A stretch of DNA of 64,000 nt from an uncultured Clostridia bacterium (GCA_944387525.1 CALXFF010000001.1:13242-77241), one strand, 5' to 3'; numbered from the stretch's first letter, positions 1 to 10,147 are shown. Translations and numbers: made by a program. The notes: generated by a model from the letters alone, not told the origin.

Positions 1-702
1 TGTAACTAATGTAAATTGTGATTTGTTTGTATCTTGATACTCATCTACTAAAACATATTGAAATTTATTTGAATAATATTCTAATATATCTGGATTTTCT
101 TCTAATATTTTTATTGCATAATTAATAATATCATCAAAATCTACTGCATTATTTTCTTTCAATCTCTTCTGATACAATTCATAAACTGTTGCAATTTTTT
201 CTTTTCTAAAATCTCCATTTGCTCTTACGGCATATTGGTCTGGATCTAGCATTTCATTTTTAGCATTACTAATTTCTGATAATACTGCTCTATCATTAAA
301 TAGTTTATCATCTATTGCTAAATCTTTTAAACACCCTTTTACTAAAGTCTTTTGGTCAGAAGTATCAAAAATTATGAAAGATGAATCAAAACCAATTCTA
401 TCAATAAACTTTCTTAAAATACGCACACAAATAGAATGGAATGTTCCCATCCAAATATCTTTTGCATCATCACCTACAATATTTGCAATTCTCTCTTTCA
501 TTTCATTTGCTGCTTTATTAGTAAATGTAATTGCTAATATATTCCATGGCTTAACACCTTTATTTCCTATTAAATAAGCAATTTTATGTGTTAAAACTTT
601 TGTCTTACCGCTTCCAGCTCCTGCTATAACTAAGCATGGTCCTTCTGTATTTACTACAGCTTCATATTGTTTATCATTTAAACCTTCTAAAACATCTTGC
701 AC
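1..702 (-). CDS. UvrD/PcrA-family DNA helicase, N-terminal part (rest lies beyond window start)
   Basis: Minus-strand translation from GTG 700-702 (RBS AAAGGAAG upstream) reads MQDVLEGLNDKQYEAVVNTEGPCLVIAGAGSGKTKVLTHKIAYLI...ITFTNKAANEMKERI. UvrD-type Walker A. Open to position 1. Confidence 0.85.
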   Translation of the reverse strand, partial: MQDVLEGLNDKQYEAVVNTEGPCLVIAGAGSGKTKVLTHKIAYLIGNKGVKPWNILAITFTNKAANEMKERIANIVGDDAKDIWMGTFHSICVRILRKFIDRIGFDSSFIIFDTSDQKTLVKGCLKDLAIDDKLFNDRAVLSEISNAKNEMLDPDQYAVRANGDFRKEKIATVYELYQKRLKENNAVDFDDIINYAIKILEENPDILEYYSNKFQYVLVDEYQDTNKSQFTLVT

Positions 703-795
703 TACACATCTTCCTTTCCCAAAGCTATCTTCAAATACCTGTTTGCGTTTTCTATTTTACTATATGAATTTAAAAAAAGCAAGCATTTTGAAATA

Positions 796-1194
796 TTAAA
801 TAATTTTTAACAAATTTTTTACAATACATGTACCAATTAATATAAATATTCCTACATAAATTAATATTGGTGTGTATTTTAAAATATATTTTGAATCCTT
901 TTTTAACACTTTAGCTATTGTATTGCCTACTAAATATATAATTAATACAATAACCGCATACAAAACTGTAGGATTATAATATAATGACTTAATTATATTT
1001 CCTTGAAATAAATTAATAAGTGCTCTTGTACAACCACAACCTGGACAATAAATTCCAAAGTTTTCATAAATCCAGCAATTAAATATTGGTGGTTTTCCTA
1101 TTAGCACATATATAATGTAAAACATTATTAATACTAAAACTGTTATTATAACAGATATATATACATAATCATTTAAATTTTTTTCTTTTTTCAT
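796..1194 (-). CDS. DUF2752-like membrane protein
   Basis: 132 aa, several hydrophobic helices, CPGCGCTRA motif typical of DUF2752. Confidence 0.65.
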   Translation of the reverse strand: MKKEKNLNDYVYISVIITVLVLIMFYIIYVLIGKPPIFNCWIYENFGIYCPGCGCTRALINLFQGNIIKSLYYNPTVLYAVIVLIIYLVGNTIAKVLKKDSKYILKYTPILIYVGIFILIGTCIVKNLLKII

Positions 1195-1269
1195 TTTTAT
1201 TTCTTTCTCCTATATAAATAAATCCAACTCACGTTGAGCTGGATTATAATTAAATTTCCTAGCATATTC

Positions 1270-1536
1270 TTATTTTAAAAGTCTGATTTTTCCTATTAAT
1301 GGAACTTCTTTTTCTTCTTGATTAATTGCTGCGATTAATCCAATTATCCAGCAAACCAAAATAAATATTGCCCAAATCCATCCAATACAAGGAATTATTG
1401 ATAATAATGAAAATAGCCATATAACTAGAGCTTGATTCACATGAAATTTTGCACCTTCCTTATCACCAGCTAATATTGCAATAAGTAGTCCTATCCATGT
1501 CAAATATGCTACTATAGATGTTGTTTTTTTATCCAT
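1270..1536 (-). CDS. small membrane protein (DUF4870-like)
   Basis: 88 aa with two long hydrophobic segments. N-terminus TSIVAYLTWIGLLIAIL resembles DUF4870. Confidence 0.5.
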   Translation of the reverse strand: MDKKTTSIVAYLTWIGLLIAILAGDKEGAKFHVNQALVIWLFSLLSIIPCIGWIWAIFILVCWIIGLIAAINQEEKEVPLIGKIRLLK

Positions 1537-1596
1537 AACGCATCACCCTTTCTCTCGTTATCACTATACCTATATTTTACCATATTCGACATTATT

Positions 1597-2061
1597 TTAC
1601 AAGTTTTGGAGTAACATTTCTAAACATTCATCAATCTCAGCTACACATGACCTATATGTTTCGATATCATATCCCCATGGATCTTTTATATCGATTTTAT
1701 CATGATATTCTCTGTCATATCCAACATATTCTTTCATTGTAAAAACTTTTCCTTCTAATTCAGGATATGCACTTAAAACTGCTCTTTTATGTCGTGATGT
1801 AGCGCATAATATTAAATCCATTTTTTCAATATTAGAATTTCTTATGTTTGTAGCTCTATGTTTACTCATATCAATTGAATATTCATCCATCATTACTCGC
1901 TTTGCTTCCCATGTTGGAGTATCTCCATCTTCTGCATATATTCCACATGAATATACTTCTATATCTTTTATATCTCTGTCTTGTATTTTTTTCTTTAATA
2001 GCCATTCTGCCATTGCACTTCTACATATATTTCCTGTACATATAAACATTATTTTCATCAT
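1597..2061 (-). CDS. low-molecular-weight protein arginine/tyrosine phosphatase (YwlE-like)
   Basis: MFICTGNICRSAMAEW P-loop CX5R(S) signature and a DPWG-type Asp loop; 154 aa. Confidence 0.85.
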   Translation of the reverse strand: MMKIMFICTGNICRSAMAEWLLKKKIQDRDIKDIEVYSCGIYAEDGDTPTWEAKRVMMDEYSIDMSKHRATNIRNSNIEKMDLILCATSRHKRAVLSAYPELEGKVFTMKEYVGYDREYHDKIDIKDPWGYDIETYRSCVAEIDECLEMLLQNL

Positions 2062-2085
2062 TAATTTCTCCTACCAATATTATTT

Positions 2086-2362
2086 TTAACAATAAAATTT
2101 TATATTACCTGAATGAATTAATTTCCATTTTTCTACAATTTGAAAATAATGCAAAGAGATATCTTCACAAATAATATTTAATTCTCTTTCAGGAATTTTG
2201 CTTTTATTATGACAAAGTACACAACCTCCTGATTGAGTTAGCCAAACTTTAGTTGCGTTGGCTGTTGGATTTCCTTTTGAAATGTGTACATGAATCGGTT
2301 CATCATTCTCGTTTGTCCAAAAGTAAATCTTATATCCGTTTTATTTCAAAAATACTAGGCAA
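2086..2362 (-). CDS. DUF4160-like protein, ORF interrupted at in-frame CGG (needs +1 shift)
   Basis: TTG 2360-2362 after GGAGGG RBS gives MPSIFEIK. An in-frame CGG at 2336-2338 is followed by stop. Skipping the C gives GYKIYFWTNENDEPIHVHISKG...KFYC with stop at 2086-2088. The start overlaps the end of the upstream 91-aa ORF. Confidence 0.6.
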
Positions 2363-2630
2363 TTTTCAACCCTCCTAAACGTGCATATTTAAAAAAGAAA
2401 GATGCACCATTTTTAACAATTTCTAAAAATGTTTTCTTTTCTTCATCTGTATAATTTCCATCCTCCAAAACAACATTATAACTTGGAAGTTCAATTACAT
2501 AAGTATCAAATCCATACTCCTTTGGTCTTTCAAAAGTAATACGAATATATTCTTCTCCATTTTCTTTTTTTCCAATATTTGAAAATACACCAACTGTACC
2601 ATCAGGATATTTAGCAAATTCATAAGTCAT
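2355..2630 (-). CDS. hypothetical protein (91 aa)
   Basis: Intact ORF directly upstream of and overlapping the DUF4160-like gene. No recognisable motif. Confidence 0.5.
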   Translation of the reverse strand: MTYEFAKYPDGTVGVFSNIGKKENGEEYIRITFERPKEYGFDTYVIELPSYNVVLEDGNYTDEEKKTFLEIVKNGASFFFKYARLGGLKIA

Positions 2631-2819
2631 CTAAACATCACTCTCCAATTCTAAATTTTGCATTTTGAAACCTTTTTATTATATATATATTATAATATAT
2701 TTTTATAAAAAAATCCATATATTTTTAATCATAATTTCTTATTGCAAAAAGATATTAAATCATAAAAATTTCTATTATTTTTACTCTGATATATTATTAA
2801 ATCCTTTAAATTTTCCATG

Positions 2820-3411
2820 TTATTCCTTACTATACTTTTTATTCCTTTTCCAAGGAAAACCAAAATCACTTCTTTTTATTTTACACATTTCTCCATTGCC
2901 ACGATAGAAAACAATTCCTTCTATATAATGATTTTCAAGATATTGCTTTATTTCCTCATAATCTCTTGGTACATTTTCTAATATTCTCTTTCCGTGTTTT
3001 TCTAAAATATCAGTATCCAAATTATATGGATTTCCATTTATATGTTTTCCAATTAATTCATAAGTTCCTTCCTCTAAATTATCATTCTTTTGTTTTTCAA
3101 ATGCTTCTAAATAATATTTAGCATTCGGGTCATTTTCAGTACATAAAAACCAATGTGGAAAATGTCCTGTTACTGGATCAGGTGTTTCTTGACAAGGAAT
3201 TGCACCTTGTGGCAATGTTCTTCCTTTTTTATAATCATATCTCCTATAAATTCTTCCATCCTTTATTAAACAACATGTCCCATCAATTTTTTCTGTTACC
3301 CAACCTTCTCCGGTTTAATACCCATTGACATTCAGGTTCTACTTCATTTAAACATTTTACTATATTATGATTTTCAAATTGTCTTTTAAAAAGTGTTTTC
3401 ATTTTTCTCAT
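2820..3411 (-). CDS. ATP-dependent RNA/DNA ligase-like nucleotidyltransferase (Rnl5/DRB0094-like), ORF interrupted at in-frame CGG
   Basis: ATG 3409-3411 after GAGGTG RBS gives MRKMKTLFKRQFENHNIVKCLNEVEPECQWVLN, then CGG at 3310-3312. The +1 frame continues GEGWVTEKIDGTCCLIKDGRIYRRYDYKKGRTLPQGAIPCQ..., containing the KxDG adenylylation motif, and runs into track ORF 2820..3215. Confidence 0.6.
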
Positions 3412-3463
3412 TATATTTTCACCTCAGTATTATAAAAATTTATGAACTTCTTACTTGATTTAT

Positions 3464-3633
3464 TTATACAGTTACTCTAATTTTTTGAGTAACTGATTCT
3501 TGCTCTAATTCCTCTGCTCTAAAAATATTTTGCAAATGATATATAATATTATTTTCTGCCACATTAAATAATTTTGCCATTGATTTTTGAGTTATCCAAA
3601 AATCTTCTTCATTATATAAAACTTCTACCGATA
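3464..3633 (-). pseudogene. RhuM-family remnant (N-terminal fragment, no start codon)
   Basis: The open frame reads KISVEVLYNEEDFWITQKSMAKLFNVAENNIIYHLQNIFRAEELEQESVTQK, resembling the RhuM N-terminal region. It ends after about 56 codons. Confidence 0.45.
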
Positions 3634-3639
3634 TTTTTA

Positions 3640-4182
3640 TTAATTTTCTTCTTTTTTCATGATATTTATCATAAATTCAAATATATCAATTTCTCTATCA
3701 CCAAATTGTCTTATATAGTCTTCTTTACAATTTTCTCTATACCAATTAACTTTATCTTGAATTTTTTGTTTTACTTTATCTATATTTATATTGGAATATT
3801 TTTTTATAGCTAGCACTATAGGTATAATATCATTTCCACAAATACAAATATCGTAATTCACAAATTTTTCATAGCCCCAACTATTCTTTTCAGACTTCAA
3901 TTTTTCTTTATAAGATATATATAAATAATCATCATTAAATAAATGATTAATTTTTAATGCTTTATAATCCATATCCACAACTCCAGAAGTTTTTAAATAA
4001 CCTGTCATATACCAGATTACTCTACTCCTAAACTCAATATAATCTTCTGGTAAATCTTCTTTCTTTATTTTAGTTGGATAATGACCTCTAGAATAAAGAT
4101 ATTCATTATTAGTATCTACAGTCTCTCTAAAACTTTTTCCAAATTTTCCTTGTGTGTAAAAATATGCATTTATTTTTCTCAT
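3640..4182 (-). CDS. hypothetical protein
   Basis: Track ORF 3640..4191. ATG at 4180-4182 (MRKINAYF) is preceded by AAAGGTGG. No motif recognised. Confidence 0.5.
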   Translation of the reverse strand: MRKINAYFYTQGKFGKSFRETVDTNNEYLYSRGHYPTKIKKEDLPEDYIEFRSRVIWYMTGYLKTSGVVDMDYKALKINHLFNDDYLYISYKEKLKSEKNSWGYEKFVNYDICICGNDIIPIVLAIKKYSNINIDKVKQKIQDKVNWYRENCKEDYIRQFGDREIDIFEFMINIMKKEEN

Positions 4183-4272
4183 TTCAACCACCTTTACTCA
4201 TTTACTATTAAATTAATAATAATTTATAAGTTTGTTTAATTTTACATCACATGGATATATAAGTCAAGTGTT

Positions 4273-5024
4273 TTATAACATCATCGCAAATAATCCTATC
4301 AAAAATCCGAACATATTTCCGAACCGCTGACATTCTTCCTTTATATAAATTATTAGACTCTGGTATAAGTTCTCCTGATACTATATACAGCATTGCACCT
4401 GCTGCAAAGCTTAAACAAACTGCTATTATTTGCTCTGATATAGTTCCTATTATTGCTCCAAAAAAAGCTCCTACTCCTGTCGTTACTCCTGATAATATAA
4501 CATAATAGATAATTTTTGATGACTTCATTCCTCCATTTTTCATTGGTACTGCCATTGATATTCCTTCTGGTATATCATGCAAGCATATAGCTATTGCTAA
4601 ACTTAATCCTAATTTCATAGAAGCTCCAAATCCTGAACCTATTGCTAATCCTTCTGGGAAGTTATGTATTGCTAATCCGATTGATACAATTATTCCTGTT
4701 GTTAATAATGTGTTTTTTGTATTTCCTATCGAATTTACATTTGATCCACTAAATTTTTTTTGAACTAATACATCACAAAATATCATTACAATTATTCCAA
4801 ATAATATTCCTAATATTACATTTATTATTCCACTTATATCCATTGCTTCTGGTATTAAATCAAAACATATTATTGCCATCATTAGTCCTGATGCAAATGA
4901 CAATATGAAACTTAAGAATTTGTTTGAATTCTTTTTTATTACAATTCCTAATATTCCACCTAATGTCGTACCAAATGTTCCGGAAAAATAAACCTATCAA
5001 GGTTGTTTTTAGTATTTCTTGCAT
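4273..5024 (-). CDS. ZIP-family (ZupT-like) metal transporter, ORF interrupted at two in-frame CGG codons
   Basis: HNFPEGLAIG and HDIPEGISMA ZIP signatures. ATG 5022-5024 after AAGGAG gives MQEILKTTLIGLFF, then CGG at 4980-4982; +1 gives GTFGTTLGGILGIV... A second CGG at 4319-4321 follows ...GRMSAV; +1 gives GNMFGFLIGLFAMML with stop at 4273-4275. Confidence 0.8.
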
Positions 5025-5087
5025 TATAAAAACTCCTTAAAATATACTTTATTTTAGTTTATTTTAAAGAGTTTTTTTTTATTACTT

Positions 5088-5531
5088 TTATTTTTTTATA
5101 AATTCAAGAATTCTTTTAAATATTCTTTTAATGAATCCTTCTTCTTTTACTACTATCAAACTATTTTTTTCAATATTTTCACTCGTTCTTTTTTCAAATA
5201 TTTCATCAACATTCTTTCCTATATAGTTCTCCTTTTTTCTTGTTTCTGCATCTAAAATTTTTTTAAAATCTTCTTCTACAAACTCCTTGTTTTCTTCCTC
5301 CGTTGCCCAATAAGTTCGATATATTAAGGATAAAATACTTTCAGTTTCTCTAAGCAATTTTTGCTCACTTATTCTGATTTCTCTATTAATATTTGTAATA
5401 TAATTTTTATTCATATTATTTCTAATAAACTCTATAAATTTGCTTGGTATTTTTTTTACTAATTCTTCATCTGTATTCTCTAATATATCATTTACTTCTT
5501 TAAACGCATTTTGATATACTTCATCTACCAT
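5088..5531 (-). CDS. hypothetical protein (147 aa)
   Basis: Intact ORF overlapping the 3' end of the amidoligase ORF by 11 nt, an operon-like arrangement. Confidence 0.5.
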   Translation of the reverse strand: MVDEVYQNAFKEVNDILENTDEELVKKIPSKFIEFIRNNMNKNYITNINREIRISEQKLLRETESILSLIYRTYWATEEENKEFVEEDFKKILDAETRKKENYIGKNVDEIFEKRTSENIEKNSLIVVKEEGFIKRIFKRILEFIKK

Positions 5532-6483
5532 CCGAAATTACTCCTTTTTCTCTTGTATTAGACAGTATTTCTTTAATATAATTATGTGCTGAACGTACCA
5601 TTTGATATGGTGTTCTTGTAGCTATTTCTTTAAATTGCTCTTTTTTAAATCTATTTTTTGCAAATCCTTTTGAACTATTTTTTTGGAACACTTCTGCATC
5701 TTTTACGCTTTCCCATCTTTCCATATAAATCTTTCTATCATCTGGATTTTGCATTATAAGTTTTAAAAAACTCTCTGCCTTTTCCTGCTCATCAACATTT
5801 ATATTTAAAAAATCATTTAATTGATTCTGATATTTTTCTGGATTTTTTGTAATTTCTATTGCAGTATTTATCAAAGAAGCATATAAAAAAACATTTTGCT
5901 TTATTACATCTGGATTTAAAGTTCCATTTTGTATTTGTTTTAATATTTTCTCTCCGCTTGGTGCAGCCATTCCTTTTCTCCACAGCGCCGAGATAAAATG
6001 TATTCCCTTTAAATCTTTATTTATTGCACCTTTTCTAATAGGATTATTTTTATCATTACACATTTTGTATAATATTTATTCTGATTCTGCATACAGATGC
6101 AAAAAAGTCTTCATTCTATTTGTATCCTTTAAAAGACATTTTGCATCAAAATGAACATGTAGTCCACACTTTTCATCTGCTACTACTTCATCGCCTCTTT
6201 TACCAGGAAATTTTTTTATATGTTCACATATATCTGATATGTCTTTCCAATCTTTCTCAGTATCATGTAAAATTGGAGATACTAATTCAGCACCACCTTC
6301 TGCAACAAGTGATTCTTCTTTTTTTGTAGCCATATGCCAGTTTTTATCTTTTATGTATTTTGCACTTTCACCAGTATATAAACCATTTTCTCCTTTTGTT
6401 TTTACATTATTTGCTTCTATTTCTATTCCAAATTTAAAGTATTCTGGCAAATTTAATTTTTCAAAACCTTTTGTATATTCCAT
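5521..6483 (-). pseudogene. amidoligase-family (Amidoligase_2-like) gene with in-frame TAA, or two adjacent ORFs
   Basis: The N-terminal piece has GIEIE, ELVSP and GLHVHFD motifs. TAA at 6076-6078 lies in the same frame as the downstream 180-aa ORF (...LYAESE * ILYKMCNDKNNPIRKG...). Confidence 0.55.
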
Positions 6484-6627
6484 ATTTCTTCCTTTTTATC
6501 TAATATTTTAGATTTATGTTTTGTTTATAGAAATATTTTACTTTAATATTTTATTAATATCAATATTATTTTCATTCATTTTTATATATTTTAATGCAAA
6601 AAATAAACCCAATTCCTACAATTCTTA

Positions 6628-7686
6628 TTACTCTTCACCTTTCAATTTTTCCGCTCTATCTGCTGCAATCAAATTATCTATCATTTCATCTAAATCCCCA
6701 TTTAAGAAATTCTCCATTTGATAAATACTCATTCCAATTCTATGGTCTGTTATTCTTCCTTGAGGATAATTATATGTTCTTATTTTTTCGCTTCTATCAC
6801 CTGAGCCTACTTGAGATTTTCTTGCATTTGAAATTTCACTATCTTGTTTTTGTTTCTCCATTTCATATAATTTAGTTCTAAGCATTCTCATTGCATTGTC
6901 ACGATTTTGAAATTGAGAACGTTCTGTCTGACATTCTACTACAATTCCTGTTGGTTCGTGTATAAGTCTAACTGCTGATGAAGTTTTATTAATATGTTGT
7001 CCTCCAGCACCAGATGAACGGAATACTTCCATTTTTATATCTGCCGGATTAATTTCAATTTCTACATCTTCTACAACTGGTAATACTGCAACAGTTGCTG
7101 TTGATGTATGAATTCTTCCACTACTTTCTGTGTCTGGTACTCTTTGTACTCTGTGTACACCACTTTCAAATTTTAATCTACTATATACACCTTTACCGGT
7201 AATCATAAATGAAATTTCTTTATAACCACCAAGTCCTGTTTCATTTTCATTTAACACTTCTAATTTCCAATGTTTTTTCTCTGCATACATAGAATACATT
7301 CTAAATAAAGTACCTGCAAATAAAGCTGCTTCTTCTCCTCCAGCTCCTGCTCTTATTTCACAAATGATATTTTTGTCGTCATCTGGATCTTTTGGAATTA
7401 ATAGAAATTTTAATTCCTCTTCAAGTTTTGGTAATTGTTCTTTTGCATCATAATATTCAGCTTCTGCTAATTCTTTCATTTCTGGGTCATGTAATAATTC
7501 TTCTGCTTCTTCCATAGATTGTTTTACTTTTTTATATTCTCTAAATTTTAATACGACATCTTCTATGCTTGCATGTTCTTTCATTAATTTTTGCCATTCT
7601 TCATGATTTGATATTACCTCTGGGTCTGATATCAATTTTGTTAATTCTTCATATCTTTTTTCTACGTTTTCTAATTTTTCAAACAT
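6628..7686 (-). CDS. prfA: peptide chain release factor 1
   Basis: GGQHINKT motif, [17 protein letters not shown] tripeptide region of PxT type, RF1-like N-terminus; 352 aa. Confidence 0.95.
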   Translation of the reverse strand: MFEKLENVEKRYEELTKLISDPEVISNHEEWQKLMKEHASIEDVVLKFREYKKVKQSMEEAEELLHDPEMKELAEAEYYDAKEQLPKLEEELKFLLIPKDPDDDKNIICEIRAGAGGEEAALFAGTLFRMYSMYAEKKHWKLEVLNENETGLGGYKEISFMITGKGVYSRLKFESGVHRVQRVPDTESSGRIHTSTATVAVLPVVEDVEIEINPADIKMEVFRSSGAGGQHINKTSSAVRLIHEPTGIVVECQTERSQFQNRDNAMRMLRTKLYEMEKQKQDSEISNARKSQVGSGDRSEKIRTYNYPQGRITDHRIGMSIYQMENFLNGDLDEMIDNLIAADRAEKLKGEE

Positions 7687-7833
7687 ATTTTTCTCCTCTT
7701 TCCCTAAAATAATCTTTTAATGCTTGAAATATTATACTATATTTTTCCACTTACTTCAAGTATTAAATAGTAAAAGACCAGAGTCTTAATTCTAGCCTTT
7801 TACTTTTTATACTATTTAAATCCGTTTAATTAT

Positions 7834-9864
7834 TTATAAATTTATAATATTAAATTTTAATTTTAGTTCCTCTAATATTTCTTTTTCTCTATTTGTACAA
7901 CTAAAAATTAAAATTTGATGATTTTTACATTTTTCATTTAAAAATGTTAGTGCATTTTTTAATCTCTCATCATCATAGTATGCAAAAACTTCATCTAAAA
8001 TAATTGGCATATTTTCTTCAGATAATTCTTCTACCATAGAAAGTCTTAATGACAAATATAATTGGTCAATTGTTCCCACGCTTAATTTCGAAGCTGGCTC
8101 ATAATTTCCATTATCAAGTTCAACTAATAATCCTTGTTCATCATTTGGTATAATATTAGCATATTTACCATTTGTAATCTTCGAAATTGTATTAGACAAT
8201 TTTTGTGTAAACTTAGGGGTAACTGATTTTTTCATTTTTTCATAAGAATTTGTCAAAACTTCTTTTACCAATTCCATGCTAGAATTTAATTTTTTTAAAG
8301 TTAACATTTTGTTTTTATTGTCAACTATTTTTTCTTCTAAATTCGACAAATTTTCTAATTTTGGTTCTATATTTTTTTTGTCTAATTCCAAAGAATGTAA
8401 TTCTATTTTTTTGTTATTTAATTCATTTTGTATTTTTTCTTTTTCATAATTTATATTTTCTAAATTTAAAAAATAATTTATTTCATTTTTTTCTAATTTA
8501 TTTAAATATTTATTTTTTATTTTTTCTTTTTCTAAATTTATTTTTAAATTAAAATTATTTTTTAATTTATTTATTTCATTTTCTAATTCCAAATTATTTT
8601 TTTCGATTAAATTAATTTCATTATTTAAATTATTTATTTCTAAATTTATTTTTTCTTCTATTATTTTATTATTTTTTTCTGTTTTTTTTATTATTTTATT
8701 TTTATTTTTTATAAAAATAATCCAAAAAATTAAAAACGTTGGGACTGTAAGAAGAAAAATATATTTAAAAATATTATTTTTAATAAAAATAAATTGTAAA
8801 ATATTTATTATTATTAAAATAAAAAATATTAAAATTAATTTTTTATTTAATTTATTTTTTTCATTTTTTATTTTTTGAATATTTTTTATTTTATTTTTAT
8901 TTTCTATATTTTTTTCCGAATTTATTTTTTTGTTATTTTTTTCTTCTAATTTTTTTTTTTTTTTTTCAAAATCTTTTTCTTCAAAATTATTTTTATTATC
9001 ATTTTCTATTTCGCTAATTTTATTTTTTATTAAATTAATTTTCTCTGTATTTTCATTTTTTAAATTTTCTTTTATTTTAATTTTTTCTTTTTCGATTTTT
9101 TCATTTTCATCTAATAATTTAATTTCTTGTAAAAAGTCATTTTCATTTTGCAAACTATTTATGTCTTTCTGTAATTCGTTCTTTTTTTCTTCAATCTCAT
9201 ATTTTATGTCTACGTATTTTTCAATTTCAGATTTTTCGTTTTCCAAATTTTCAATTTCTCTTTGAACAACGTTAATTGGCTTCTCCCTAGACTTTTGTGT
9301 TCCAACTTCATCTAATTGTCTCCTATTTAATCTGTCAATAGCACGTTTATATGACACATTATCTTCACCTGTTCCAACCAAATTTGCTATTTTTTGTATT
9401 AGAACATTTTGTTCTTGTTTATGTAACTTAACTTCTTGCTGATTTACAACTAAAGTTGATAAAAATAAATCTTCATCTACTTTTGTTTGTTCATAAAAAA
9501 ATTCATTTCCTTTTGTTTTATCTATTGAAAATTCTTTTGATATATCTTCCATATTTTCATTAAATATTTTTGGATTTTTCTTTTTAAAATCTCTAAATAT
9601 TTCATATTTTTTATTATTATCTAATTCATAAGTTATTTTTCCTGAAAAATCATCTCCTGACCATGGTTTATATCTTTCAAAATCAGAATATTCTTTTCCC
9701 TTTTTATTTTTAGAAATACCATATAGAGAATTGATTATAAAATGTAATAATGTTGATTTTCCTGTTTCATTTTCTCCATAAATTACATTTATTTTATCAG
9801 AAAATAATATTTCTTTATTTTTTATTTTTCCATAATTATTTATTTTTACATTTTTTATTTGCAT
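7834..9864 (-). CDS. SbcC/Rad50-like AAA ATPase with central membrane helices (YhaN-like)
   Basis: N-terminal Walker A GENETGKST, long K/N/E-rich coiled coil, two internal hydrophobic helices, C-terminal signature and Walker B (PIILDEVFAYYD). Confidence 0.7.
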   Translation of the reverse strand: MQIKNVKINNYGKIKNKEILFSDKINVIYGENETGKSTLLHFIINSLYGISKNKKGKEYSDFERYKPWSGDDFSGKITYELDNNKKYEIFRDFKKKNPKIFNENMEDISKEFSIDKTKGNEFFYEQTKVDEDLFLSTLVVNQQEVKLHKQEQNVLIQKIANLVGTGEDNVSYKRAIDRLNRRQLDEVGTQKSREKPINVVQREIENLENEKSEIEKYVDIKYEIEEKKNELQKDINSLQNENDFLQEIKLLDENEKIEKEKIKIKENLKNENTEKINLIKNKISEIENDNKNNFEEKDFEKKKKKLEEKNNKKINSEKNIENKNKIKNIQKIKNEKNKLNKKLILIFFILIIINILQFIFIKNNIFKYIFLLTVPTFLIFWIIFIKNKNKIIKKTEKNNKIIEEKINLEINNLNNEINLIEKNNLELENEINKLKNNFNLKINLEKEKIKNKYLNKLEKNEINYFLNLENINYEKEKIQNELNNKKIELHSLELDKKNIEPKLENLSNLEEKIVDNKNKMLTLKKLNSSMELVKEVLTNSYEKMKKSVTPKFTQKLSNTISKITNGKYANIIPNDEQGLLVELDNGNYEPASKLSVGTIDQLYLSLRLSMVEELSEENMPIILDEVFAYYDDERLKNALTFLNEKCKNHQILIFSCTNREKEILEELKLKFNIINL
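8950..8966 (-). repeat. 17-nt poly(A) tract on the coding strand inside the YhaN-like ORF
   Basis: The plus strand shows T17. The coding strand reads GAA AAA AAA AAA AAA AAA TTA (EKKKKKL) and stays in frame. Confidence 0.9.
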
Positions 9865-10147
9865 TTTTTTATCACCTTTTATTATTTAACTTTTATTTTT
9901 TATTATTTTATAATAATTATTTTTTTATTTTTATTTAATATTTTTTATTTAATTTATTTTGATTTTTTATAATAATTTAATTTCAAAAGATATTACGTAA
10001 CAATTCTGTATATTAAGCCATTTAAAATTATTATAATTTTTCTAGATTTTTTACCAACGATTTTTAATACAAAAGCTCTGTTTTTCTCTCGAAATATTTT
10101 TATATCTTTTTTTATCTCTTTATTTCTTTTTTCTATTTTAAATATTT

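Noticed and set aside
374-577. A 67-aa plus-strand ORF.
   Set aside because: It lies entirely antisense within the UvrD/PcrA-family helicase coding region.
8361-9265. Plus-strand F/L/S-rich ORFs (8361..8552, 8930..9265).
   Set aside because: They are antisense shadows of the K/N/E-rich coiled coil of the YhaN-like gene. Their composition is a low-complexity mirror of that gene.
9865-10147. A 283-nt gap between the SbcD-like and SbcC-like genes, examined for a degraded ORF or an RNA gene.
   Set aside because: It is extremely AT-rich with stops in all frames and no convincing stems. Treated as an expanded intergenic spacer.
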